DNA of 35,645 bases, from contig NW_021828068.1 of NCBI RefSeq assembly GCF_006345805.1, positions 1 through 35,645 on the forward strand, read 5' to 3'. The first letter of the stretch is position 1, and each line of letters starts with the position of its first letter. Shown piece after piece: positions 9,371 through 20,999 of the stretch. Source of the stretch: Octopus sinensis (Eukaryota). The notes beneath the pieces are model-generated. The model was not told the origin of the DNA. It searched no databases and saw only the letters and a program-made list of their open reading frames with translations. The position numbers were made by a program, and so were the translations under genes.

Positions 9371-10383
9371 ACTACCACTCCCCTAAGATAGGCCCTTTCC
9401 AAAACGACATCTTACATAGCTTTTCATTTACAAAGGGACACCAAAACAGTAAGATTCAGTATGAGCCTTTTTCTCTTGAAAAAACCCTTCAACATTTTTT
9501 TCCTGTCTGGTAGGAACCCTACTCTAACTTCAAACTGCCCTGTCCAAAACTCATGTTTTTTTCTCTTCTAAGAAGAGTCCTGCTCTAAGCGCTAACATAA
9601 TTTTCTGTCTTCCAGAGTATCCGAACTCATATTTCCTCTCTTCTAAGAATGACCTTGCCCAGGACACCAAAATCCAAACGCTTGTTTACTTTCTATGAAG
9701 TTTCTTCTCTTCAAAACGCCAGACCTGACGTTGCTCGAACGCATCACGATTTCGTTATTTCACTAAACTTATTTTCCCCGACGCAGGACTATCACTACTG
9801 TCCTCAATATCAGGTTTGCTTTTGTTGCTTTCATTTCCCAAACAAGTAAACCCAACCTCCTTTCCTTATTATTTAACTTTCAAACCAATGGCAAAAGTCA
9901 TTAACTTTTTCAATGAGAATAGTTCAGTTTTGGAGATCAACCCCGGTCTTCTATAATTAATATTCCGTTTCTAATCTATCTTTTATAGCATGCTGCACCA
10001 ATCGTGTATGCATATGTATGTGTATATGCATGAGTGTATATTTCTATATATATGTGTCTGTAGTGTGTGTGATGTCCTTCTCGCTTAAGTAATTGTTTTC
10101 TTCAATGTGTCTGGGGAGCTGCATATACTGATAAATTCATTGCTCATTCATCCGTAGGGAGAGCATGTGACTTTATAGCACGCAACGAACTGCAGGGTGG
10201 GTGGGAATCTCAGTCATTAGAGCTGTTGAGTAGATTACATGGTTGCGCTTGTCGATTACGGGAAATTTGTTTCCAAACCCCGTGGTTCTTTGTTCGATTC
10301 TACTGTACGGTTACTTTGGCCCCCAAAATAATTCGTCCTATACAAAGATAACCTGTGAAGCTGTGCAGACGCCCGCCTTTTAC

Positions 10384-10444
10384 GTATGTATGTATGTATG
10401 TATGTATGTATGTATGTATGTATGTATGTATGTATGTATGTATG
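10384..10444. repeat. (TATG)n microsatellite
   Basis: Direct reading. Confidence 0.95.
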
Positions 10445-10448
10445 GTGA

Positions 10449-10780
10449 AGGCGCATGGCTCAGTGGTTAGAGCGTCGAGCTTACGATCGTGAGGTTGTGA
10501 GTTCGAATCCTGGACCGGGTTGCATGTTCTGTTCTTGAGCAAGACACTTTATTTCACGTTGCTCCAGTTCACTCAGCTGTAGAAATGAGTTGCGACGTCA
10601 TGGGTGCCAAACTGTATCGGCCTTTGCCTTTCCCTTGGATAACACTGGTGGCGTGGAGAGGGGAGGCTGTTATGCATGGGCGACTGCTGGTCTTCCATAA
10701 ACAACCTTGCTCGGACTCGTGCCTGGGAGGGTAACTTTCTAGGTCCAATCCCACGGTCAGTCATGACCGAAGGGGGTCTC
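10449..10780 (+). mobile_element. tRNA-derived SINE, family C, full length
   Basis: A-box TGGCTCAGTGG 10456-10466, B-box GTTCGAATCC 10501-10510, ttcttgagcaagacacttt segment, tail ...gaccgaagggggtctc. Paralog at 23477-23754. Confidence 0.88.
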
Positions 10781-11019
10781 ATGTATATATGTGTGCATGT
10801 ATGGATGAATTTACATGCGTATATTTAGATGTATGTACGCATGTGTGCATATAAAACCCACTTCTAATCTGTCATGTTATGTTGCAACAGTGTGTATTGA
10901 GGTGATATATGTGTACATATCTTTGCGTGTGCATGTGTGTGTGGTGTGTGTTATGAGTTACATTAGATAAGCGTTAGCCGCTAGATGAAACTTGGCTGAG
11001 AGAAACTAAATATATGTGC

Positions 11020-11056
11020 ATGTGTGAGTGTGTGTATGTATGTATGTGTGTATGTG

Positions 11057-11095
<39 letters not shown>

Positions 11096-11528
11096 GTGTA
11101 TGTGTGTGTGTTTGTGTGAGGTGAGTGTGTGAAGTAATCACAAAAACTCATCGGAGAGCGTATTTAGTAACTGCATACCTACGGTATCCTATCAATCAGC
11201 ACATGATGTCTTCAGTATTGTTTATTTTACTGTGCGCTCTATTTTATCGTATCTAGCCATTTCTGGCCCCCTACCAGTTGATATGCCTTGATTCTTAGGA
11301 ATCATTATAACGACATTATATGTACATGACGTGGATCTAGGTATATACATACATATGTGAGTGTATGTGTGTGCGCGCGCGCGTGTGTATATTTAAGTTT
11401 CCTACATATATAAAGAGAGGTTATCCTGCATCCATTGGAATCTGATGAGTCGTCTATAAAGCTAAGCTCTTTATGTATGCGAAATTGTTGATCACTCTAT
11501 GAGCAGACATATATTTAATTTCATATGC

Positions 11529-11563
<35 letters not shown>

Positions 11564-11573
11564 CATACGTACT

Positions 11574-11636
<63 letters not shown>

Positions 11637-11826
11637 TATATACATATATATACATATATATATATATGTATACATACACGCAAACACGCGCACACACACA
11701 TCTGCATATATACAATTTATGCATCTATATACATTTGTATATGTATATATATATATATATATCGTATGTATGCGTGTCTGTTTGTCTATGTATATATATA
11801 TATATATATGAGTCTCTCTCTCACTA

Positions 11827-11868
<42 letters not shown>

Positions 11869-11870
11869 GT
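11020..11870. repeat. (TG)n, (TA)n, (CT)n microsatellite blocks with unique spacers
   Basis: ~11020-11120 (TG), ~11525-11810 (TA/CA), ~11812-11866 (CT). Confidence 0.85.
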
Positions 11871-11884
11871 ATGTACATATGTGA

Positions 11885-12125
11885 GGGCCCATAGCCTAGT
11901 GCGCAGGGTGCTGCACTCACGACCGCTAAATCGTGATTTCAATTCGTAAACCGGTTGGTGCGTTGTGCACTTGAACAAAACACTTCATTTTACATTGCTC
12001 TGCCATCACTTCGTCATCTGGCATGTGGTACACAATGCACCCATTAAGACAACGTCGATTTGATGGCGGGAGGGAGCTGATGTACGTCACATACATTTCA
12101 TCTCTATAAACAAGTCATTTATGCA
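11885..12125 (+). mobile_element. Diverged family C-like SINE
   Basis: atagcctagtgcgcaggg (A-box-like), gatttcaattc (B-box-like), gcacttgaacaaaacacttcattttacattgctc. Confidence 0.5.
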
Positions 12126-12409
12126 TGTCACACAGCAGCAGAAGAAAGTCGTCTTCGACTATATTAAAAGTTGCACAGCGTGCGGACTACTCTTAGGTTA
12201 ACTCCTGTGGAGGGCTAATTGGACCTGCAAACCAAAGCTAGAGAGAGCTAAATAGTGCGGCCATAATACGTCTATAATAACTATATGCCCCGGTCGTGTC
12301 TGATCAGAAGTTAAGAACGGATGAGCATTAATTCTGTAATGCGACCGTTCGATTGTTCTAGTCTCAAGTTGAATTTCAACTGCTGGCCAATTTCTCCCAA
12401 AGTTCTATC

Positions 12410-12812
12410 TCTTTACTCTTTTTACTCTTTTACTTGTTTCAGTCATTCGACTGCGGCCATGCTGGAGCACCGCCTTTAATCGAACAACTCGACCTCGGGA
12501 CTTATTCTTTTGTAAGCCCAGTATTTATTCTATCGGTCTTTTTTGCCGAACCGCTAAGTGACACTCCAGCATCGGTTGTCAAGCAATGCTAGGGGACAAA
12601 CACAGACACACAAACACACACATGCATATATATATATACATATATACGACGGGCTTCTTTCAGTTTCCGTCTACCAAATCCACTCACAAGGCTTTGGTCG
12701 GCCCGAGGCTATAGTAGAAGACACTTACCCAAGGTCCCACGCAGTGGGACTGAACCCGGAACCATATGGTTGGTAGACAAGCTACTTACCACACAGCCAC
12801 TCCTGCGCCTGT
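12410..12812 (-). mobile_element. SINE family A, full length, low divergence
   Basis: Head acaggcgcaggagtggctgtgtggtaag, B-box ggttcagtccc, internal (TA/TG)n at ~12600-12646, tail gactgaaacaagtaaaagagtaaaaagagtaaag. Confidence 0.92.
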
Positions 12813-13014
12813 AAAATTTACGAAAGATATGTCATTTATTTTCTGCTTGATCTCTGACGTCAGCTCACAAGTGCCTACCAAGATGGTGTGAATCAGCGAC
12901 GCTTTACCTGCCAGAAATAGCCACTCAAATGCTTTTAAATCAGATCCCAATGCTGGGTGTTTAATGAAGGGTAGATTTTCAATCCTGGGATCATCCTTGG
13001 CATAAGCCTATAAT

Positions 13015-13026
13015 TTCTCTCTCTCA

Positions 13027-13057
<31 letters not shown>

Positions 13058-13265
13058 TCTCTTACCCTTTGTCACCACTTCTCTCTCCCTCTCATTCTCT
13101 TACTCTCTAATTCGTTTGTCTCCCCCTTCTCTCATGATCATTCCTTTCTCCATCTCTCTCTCTATTTCTCTCTCTTTCGCTAACACCTTTCTCTCCCACA
13201 CTTCCTTTCTCTCTCTCACACACACATACACACACAAACAAAGGCGCGCACACACACACACACGG
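13015..13265. repeat. (CT)n / (CA)n low-complexity block
   Basis: Direct reading. Confidence 0.9.
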
Positions 13266-13443
13266 GCTCGTGCGACACTCGTACTTACTCTTCTGAACAA
13301 CAAAGCCATGTACAACTCAAACTACAAATCCATAATGCCTTTCGAATATACATCTTTTCCTATCTTTGATACGTTTCAATCATAAATCCCTACAGCAAAC
13401 ACTTCCCTAGATCCTTCTTCTGGTGGTTATACAATCCAGTAAG

Positions 13444-13829
13444 GGCCGCGAGCTGGCAGAAACGTTAGCACACCGGGCGAAAGCGTAGTCGTATTTCGTC
13501 TGCCCTTACATTCTGAGTTCAAATTCTGCCGAGGTCGACTTTGCCTTTCATCCTCTCGAGGTCGATAAATTAAGTACCAGTTACGCACTGGGGTCGATAT
13601 AATCGACTTAATCCGTTTGTCTGTCCTTGTTTGTCCTCTCTGTGTTTAGACCCTTGTGGGTAGTAAAGAAATAGGTGTCATTACGTTCTGAGTTCAAATT
13701 CTGCCGAGGCTGACTTTCGCTTTCATCCTTTCGTGGTAGATAAATTAAGTACCAGTTGAATATGGGGTCAATCGAATTGACTGGCCCCCTTCCCCCAAAA
13801 TTTCGGGCCTTGTGGCTTGAGTAGAAAAA
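13444..13829 (+). mobile_element. SINE family B dimer (head + X unit + Y unit) with target-site duplication
   Basis: Two B-box/core units. Identical 18-mer gttatacaatccagtaag at 13426-13443 and 13830-13847. Confidence 0.9.
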
Positions 13830-14404
13830 GTTATACAATCCAGTAAGAAAAAAACTAAACAAAACAAAAGGGCAAAATCGCCAGCATTGATCTCGACTGG
13901 CTAAGTCGAAGGCAAGGTGAAGATCACCTGGCAAAGGTCGAAGGTAAGGTGGAGGTCGAGGGAGCCCAATTACTTTGAACATGAAATGGCTGTCAAGATC
14001 TGGATTTTTTTTTTGCATTGACACAAAGTAACGTAACACATACGAATGTAGTAGGAGAGAAGGGTCATGTAATTGTCTGCATGGACATCCTTCGTATATT
14101 TTTAATATACCTGTGACTGATACAATGGGAAGGCTGTAGAACAAACTTGATATTGGACAATACTTGATGTGAGAGAGAAAGGGTAGGAGAAAATAATGAT
14201 ATAAAAGACACATGCATACATGCATTCTTACATGCAAGCAAATGCCCATTCATGCATGTATAAACATATGCGTCCATATTTTTTATACACATATCTATGT
14301 ATACAAGCATAGACACTCGCATACACGTGTATACAAACATGTAAACATATATTCATTAAATTAGAAAATAGATGGACAGAGAGAAGGAACGACGGACGGA
14401 TATT

Positions 14405-14886
14405 TGCGCGCGCGAGTGTGTATATATATATATATATCATATACACTATATATATGTATATATATACATATATACATCATACATGTATGTATATATATCA
14501 TGTATATATGTTTATATATATATATATATACACATATGACCGTCCATGCAACATCTATATTCCTCCCTGTGTCTGTGAAATCTTGTATCCCTGCCGTAAG
14601 GCTTTATTTCCACACACGCCTGTTGTTATGTCCTGTTATTTGTATTTGTGTAACATTCTCCGTTTTTTACCGTCCTTATTTTCGTATACATTCGCTGCTT
14701 TCTTCCAAGGAATATGATAGTATAACCAGCCGAAATTACAAAGATAATCTGGAACTCAACTGAGGAAAGAAAACTCCGAATGACCCATCCTTGTTTTCTT
14801 TGTATCATCCATCTGGATGTTTTGTTGTCCCTTTTTTGTATCACCTAACTGTCTGGATGTGTTGCGTTCTTGTCCCATTTTGTATG

Positions 14887-14930
<44 letters not shown>

Positions 14931-14999
14931 TGCATACATACACACACGCACATATACATATACATTAAGATGCCAGTACATAGACAATTAAAGGGTAAA

Positions 15000-15049
<50 letters not shown>

Positions 15050-15059
15050 CAGATAGAAA

Positions 15060-15092
<33 letters not shown>

Positions 15093-15140
15093 AGAAAGAA
15101 AGAAAGAAAGAAAGAGAAAAACAGACAGACTATAGTAGAT

Positions 15141-15202
<62 letters not shown>

Positions 15203-15676
15203 TTGTCAGACATACAGTTGTATACAGATAAGCAGACATAAACAGACATATATGTATATACAAACCGACAAACAGACAGACAAATAGACAAACAGACAGA
15301 CTGATAGACCGACAGGCAGATAGACAGAAAGACAGATTGATTGATCAAGCAACATGCAACACTGATTCCTTATGGCTTCTATTTTAATTGTAGCACATCT
15401 CCTGGTCTTGATGTAATTAAAAGTGGAGAGGAAGGGAAAAAACAAACGCAAAACGACTCACAAATTACGCCATTACTGGAATGTCCAAAGGGGATTCTGG
15501 CATAATTCTTCACATTGTTGTCTTGTAACTTCATTATTTCGATCAATTAGTAGCAATTAAATATTATAGCAAATTGCATGGGTATACATTGAAGCGACAT
15601 AGATTGCTGTATGTATGTATGCATGCATGTATGTACGAACGTACGTATATATGAATATATGTATATATATATATAT

Positions 15677-15714
<38 letters not shown>

Positions 15715-15740
15715 TATGTATGTATGTATATATGTATGTA

Positions 15741-15785
<45 letters not shown>

Positions 15786-16032
15786 CGCACACACGTATGT
15801 GTGTATACATACACACGCAAATATATGACAGGCTTACATATGCATACATGCATAAATGTATGTGTCAATATGCATATATGCGTAAACATACGATTGTATA
15901 CACATAGCACACGTACACACGTATACACAAGCACACACACACATATATATGAGCATGTATATTTATATAGCATAACACATATATATATATATACTATGTA
16001 TATGGACATATACATACCTATATGCGTATGTA

Positions 16033-16083
<51 letters not shown>

Positions 16084-16920
16084 TATTTGTGTGTGATGCG
16101 TGTGTTTCGTGTGTGTATATATATATATATACATACAATCATATATGTGTGAATGCATATATACTGTAACTAAAGCAAAAGCAGACGCACGTGTAGCTAT
16201 CTATCTTTCCCACTCTTCATTTCTCCATCATCTCTCTCTTTCTCTCTCTCTCTCGCTATATACATACATATATAATATATATATAATATATATATATATA
16301 TTATATATATATATATATATATGCGTGTGTGTGTGTGTGTGTGTACTCACGCATGCATATATATATATATATGTTATGTAACACACTGCTGCATTACTGC
16401 TTTTTATGAAAAGCAAGCGTACACACACACACGGATCAACCAAATCGACTGCAAGTGTGTACGCATATAGGCGTACAAACATATACACAATCCGTGTATG
16501 TCCAGCAATATGGTGCCACAGTGATGGCCAACGGATGACCAACGAGTATTGGTAGTGGAGGTGTTAGATTTAATGAATGCAATTCCTACACACCTCCGAG
16601 GCACCACTTAACCAACTACTAATTGTTTTATAAGTTCCTAGCCTTAATTAGAAGTGTATGCCCCTATGCATGCGACTATGCGCGTGCGTGTGTGTGTGTG
16701 TGTGTTGTGTGTGTGTGTGTGTGTGTGTGTATCTGTATGCATGTATTCATATATATATATATATATATGTCTGAATGTGTATATGCATATTCGTGTGTGT
16801 GTATATATATATATATACATGTATACATATATACACACAGATATATATATATATATATATATGTATATGTATACATACACACATACACACACACACATTT
16901 ATGTATATATTAGTGTATAT
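14405..16920. repeat. Microsatellite-dominated block (TA, CA, GACA, GAAA, GATA, CT)
   Basis: Direct reading, with short unique or repeat spacers at ~14540-14880, 15350-15600 and 16380-16670. Confidence 0.85.
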
Positions 16921-17034
16921 GCATAATCACCAACTTCATCAACACCACTAACATAGGTACCAACGCCGCCACTAACACCGGTACCAACCACCGAAACGCT
17001 ACTCCAACATCAACACTCCCACCATGCAATAACA

Positions 17035-17215
17035 TCAGCTAGAAATAACAGCTAAATAGTCCCCAACTCACATACATCAGCAGTCTTAAATTTAGAATGT
17101 CACATTGGTCAATGTAGTTCTTGATATGTAGTAAAGATGTGGCGGTCAAAGCTAGAATACCTCTGAGCATAGGAATGCGAGCTCAATGCTACTCTAGAAC
17201 TAAAACACAAGACCT
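17035..17215 (+). repeat. Unclassified interspersed repeat (family E)
   Basis: ctagaaataacagctaaat...cacattggtcaatgtagttc...ggtcaaagctagaatac, homologous to the reversed copies at 21000-21205 and 27640-27850. Confidence 0.5.
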
Positions 17216-17240
17216 AAATTCGTCACTATTTGCCTGCATT

Positions 17241-17823
17241 AAGGTGGCGAGCTGGCAGAAACGTTACCACGCCGTGCGAAATGCTTAGCGGTATTTTGCC
17301 TGCCGCTACGTTCTGAGTTCAAATTCCGCCCAGGTCGACTTTGCCTTTCATCCTTTCGGGGTCGATTAAATAAGTACCAGTTACGCACTGGGGTCAATGT
17401 AATCGACTTAATCCATTTGTCTGTCCTTGTTTGTCCTCTCTATGTTTAGCCCCTTGTGGATAGTAATGAAATAGGTATTTTGCCTGTCTTTATGTTCTGG
17501 GTTCAAATTCCGACGAGGTCGACTTTGTCTTTCATCCTTTCGGTGTCGATAAATTAAGTACCAGTTACGCAGTGGGGTCGATGTAATCGACTTAATCCCT
17601 TTGTCTGTCCTTGTTTGTCCTCTTTGTGTTTAGCCCCTTGTGGGTAGTAAAAAAATAGGTATTTCGTCTGTCTTTACGTTCTGGTTTCAAATTCCGACGA
17701 GGTCGACTTTGTCCTTTATCCTTTCAGGGTCGATAAATTAAGTACCAGTTGCATACTGGGACGATCTAATCGACTGGCCTCCTCCCCCAAAATGTCGGGC
17801 CTTGTGCCTATAGCAGAAAAGAA
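17241..17823 (+). mobile_element. SINE family B trimer (head + X + X + Y units, 184-bp period) with probable TSD
   Basis: ggtattt unit starts at 17290, 17474 and 17658. tatttgcctgca 17227-17238 vs tatttgcctaca 17824-17835. Confidence 0.92.
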
Positions 17824-17949
17824 TATTTGCCTACAGAGCGCTGTTCTCTGTTAGTTTGGCCCTCAAATGGTTTCACGATGAGGGATACGAAACGCTTTTC
17901 TTTTATTCATTTCTTAATATATATCTGTCCCTAAGATGTCGATGTGGTA

Positions 17950-18090
17950 AATGAGTTAGCACACAGGGCAGTATGTTTACCAGTATTTCGTCTGTCTTTC
18001 CGTTCAGAGTTTAAATTCCGCCGAGGGCGAATTTATGGGTCGATAAAATAAGTACCAGTTGAACAGTGGGAACAATATAATCGACTTAAC
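17950..18090 (+). mobile_element. SINE family B, diverged and internally deleted
   Basis: cagtatttcgtctgtctttccgttcagagtttaaattccgccgagg...gggtcgataaaataagtaccagtt. Confidence 0.7.
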
Positions 18091-18091
18091 G

Positions 18092-18393
18092 TTCTTTTTT
18101 ACTTGTTTCAGTCATTTGACTGCGGCCATGCTGGAGCACCGCCTTCAGTCGGACAAATCGATCCCAGGACTTATTCTTTGTAAGCCTAGTACTTATTCTA
18201 TCGGGCTCTTTTGCCAAACCGCTAGTTAACGGGGATGTTAACACACCAGCATCGGTTGTGAAGCGATGGGAGGGGAACACACACAGACCCACACACATAT
18301 ACATACACACACAGAGACACACATATATATATATATAGCATACACACGCGCACGCATACACACACACACAAACACACGTATACACACACACAC

Positions 18394-18434
<41 letters not shown>

Positions 18435-18435
18435 A

Positions 18436-18475
<40 letters not shown>

Positions 18476-18607
18476 GATGGGCTTCTGTCAGTCTCTGTCT
18501 ATCAGATCCATTCACAAGGCTTTATCGGCACGAGGCAATAGTAGAAGACACTTACCCAAGGTGCCACGCAGTGGGACCGAACTCGAAATCACGTAGTTGG
18601 GAAGCAT
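18092..18607 (-). mobile_element. SINE family A, near full length, expanded internal microsatellite
   Basis: Tail at 18092-18275, (CA/TA)n at ~18280-18472, head to ~18607 truncated near the A-box. Confidence 0.88.
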
Positions 18608-18647
18608 CAAAAACTGCTGGCTTTGGGCCAAAATTTGAAATCTGCCT

Positions 18648-18860
18648 AAAGCAGAGAGCTGGCAGACTTGTTAGCACGCCTAGCATAATTCTTAGCGAAA
18701 TTTCGTCTGTCTTTACGTTGCGAGTTCAAATTCCTCCAAGGTTGACTTTGCCTTTCATCCTTTCGGGATCGATAAAAGGAGAACTAGTTGAGCACTGGTG
18801 TCGATGTAATCGACTAGCTCCCTCCCCTAAAATTGCTGGATTTGTGCCAAAATTGGAAAT
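18648..18860 (+). mobile_element. SINE family B monomer (Y tail)
   Basis: gagctggcagacttgttagcacgcc...gagttcaaattcc...gcctttcatcctttcgggatcgataaa...aaaattgctggatttgtgccaaaatt. Confidence 0.82.
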
Positions 18861-18900
18861 TGGAAATTGGAAACCCTCTTCCTCCTACTGTCTTCTAAGT

Positions 18901-19050
18901 CCTTTTTTATCTTTTACTTGTTTCAGTGACTTGACTGCGGCTATGCTGGGCGCCATCTTGAAGAATGAATCTCCGCAGCCCCCACATCTAGAACGTTTTT
19001 AAAGCCATGTACTTATTCTATGGATATCTTTTGTCGAACTGCTTAGTTAT
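18901..19050 (-). mobile_element. SINE family A 3' fragment
   Basis: cttttacttgtttcagtgacttgactgcggctatgctgg. Confidence 0.65.
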
Positions 19051-19334
19051 AACTGAAGAAGGGGGATATTACTTGTGTTGTATGTCTTGTACTCTGTTTT
19101 TTCGTTGTTTGAAAAAAAAAGTTCATTTCCATGATTTTGTTTTTATGTTTTTGTTTCTCATTGTGTTTAGCGTTTTTTTGGTGTCCTGTACCCATATATG
19201 TATGTATATATGCATATATTTATATACACACACATGTTTATATACATATATAAACATAAATATGCATATATGATTTAACACACTCACCAGTAAAATTTCC
19301 ACTTATTTCTAATTTTAATTTTCCTAAAATTTTC

Positions 19335-20135
19335 GTTGTGACTTCAGAAATCAAGGCTGCATCATCTGGGAAACGCTTTGCTTTCAAAAACAACTCCATG
19401 GCTGGGAAGGGGTGAAAATTAGAGGGTGCAAGGTCAGGAGAGTAGGGGGGATGGGGGAGGAGTTCATAGCTTCTGATCTGGCGACACGCGAGTTGTGAAC
19501 CGGAGCGTTTTCCTGCAGGAAGAGGATGCCTTTGCTGATCTTGCCCCGCCTCTTGATTTTGATAGCTTCTCTTAATTTCCTCAAAAGTGAAGGCTCCTGT
19601 AATTGTGGTACCCTTTGCCAGGAAATCTGTCATCACTACTCCGTCCTGGTCCCAGAAGACTGTGAGCATGACCTTGCTAGCGGAGGGCTGCACCCTTGCC
19701 TTCTTCGGAGGAGGTGAGTCACGGTGCTTCCCCTGCATTGACTGTGCTTTGGTCTCTGGATCATAGTGATGGACCCAGGTTTCATCCTGTGTAATCAGTC
19801 TTTTGAAAAATTTTGACTCATCTTCTTGCCACATCTCCAAATTCATCCTCGAGCACTCGACGCGTTCTTGCTTCTGGAAAGGTGTGAGCAACCTGGGAAT
19901 CCATCTGGCAGACACCTTTTGCATATGCAAATGGTCATGAATGATAGTTTCCACGGACCCGGTACTAATCTTGACCTCATGGGCTATTTGGCGAATAGTT
20001 ATGCGTCGATCTTCCAAAATGGCAGCCCCAACTTGACGGACAGATGCCTCATCAATGGCCGAATGGGAAGACCAGATCTAGGAGCCGTTTCCACAGAGTT
20101 TCGACCATGTTTGAATTCACGATGCCAGCGTTTTA
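19335..20135 (-). pseudogene. Mariner transposase fragment (irritans-like), truncated at both ends, frameshifted
   Basis: RWHREFKHGRNSVE, LEDRRITIRQIA, KVSARWIPRLLT, ITQDETWVHHYDPETK, KVMLTVFWD, LQENAPVH (2nd D changed to E), PHPPYSPDLAPSNFH (3rd D changed to N). No TIRs seen. Confidence 0.93.
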
Positions 20136-20154
20136 CTTGATTCACTCATATGCT

Positions 20155-20540
20155 CAGACGGCAATTGCTATTCAAGGTTACTTCTAGCTAGACTAAGGAA
20201 GTTTGGCTATATAATGTAAGTTTAATAAGCCTTCATTCTGTATCTCTGTTTAACATAGTATGCTTTAATGTATATATATTGTAGCGTTACGTGATGTTTG
20301 CTATAGCATCTGATTCTTTGAAATGAGCAGACGACATACTGCTATTCAAGATTGCTTCGAGTTAAACGAAGGACGTTCGGCTTTATAATGTAAGTTTAAT
20401 AAGTCTTTAGTCTGTATTTGTATGTTTAATATATCAGTATGTTTTAATGTAATATATATTGAAGCGTTTTATAGTATACGCGATGTTTGGTATAGTATCT
20501 GATTTGCTGATAAGGGCAGACGTTCATTGCTATTCAAGAT
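20155..20540. repeat. Diverged ~180-bp tandem repeat, ~2.1 copies
   Basis: gctattcaag at 20167, 20341 and 20529. tataatgtaagtttaataag occurs in both full units. Confidence 0.8.
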
Positions 20541-20999
20541 GGCTACCATCTGAAGAAGTGTATTTGCTTATTGATTTTAAAGAAAACTTCCGTAGATGAA
20601 GGACTTCTTGCAACTACGTGTCCATTTTGGATAAACATTATACAATGGGACCACATTAAATGATAATATACATATCAACTCTTTAACTTGTTTCAGCATT
20701 AAAGCTGCGGGCATATTTGTATTCAGGGGCTTGAGTGGGAGATTACGGGGATGTATATGGGGATGGGAATGATTGCTGTTGTGGTAATTGTTTAGGTTAA
20801 GTCATCTGTGCTATAGTAGGTGTTCCAGCCATGACCATTCCATCTCTAATTTTAGCTTGTGTATTTTTCTACTCATTTAATATACTGCAATTTCAGAGTG
20901 GTTTTGCAGCTATTTTTAGCAGTCCATATAACCGCCCAGAGGCACCAGCATTGACTTGTGTTGTTATAGCTAGAGTTATATTTTGTGGTGTGGTGTGGT

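Noticed and set aside
10449-10520. tRNA-like sequence with perfect A and B boxes (also 29745 and 32015)
   Set aside because: Acceptor and anticodon stems do not close, and each continues into a shared SINE body, so these are SINE heads rather than tRNA genes.
12855-12862. Single perfect CRE TGACGTCA
   Set aside because: One 8-mer in 35 kb is near chance expectation, and it lies next to repeat-derived sequence.
13608-14249. 213-aa minus-strand ORF
   Set aside because: It runs antisense through a SINE B copy and low-complexity flank, with no recognisable domain. The same applies to 18571..19002 and 29762..30202.
17290-17823. Regularly spaced repeats suggestive of a CRISPR array
   Set aside because: Whole 184-bp units are homologous with no unique spacers, the context is eukaryotic, and there are no cas genes.
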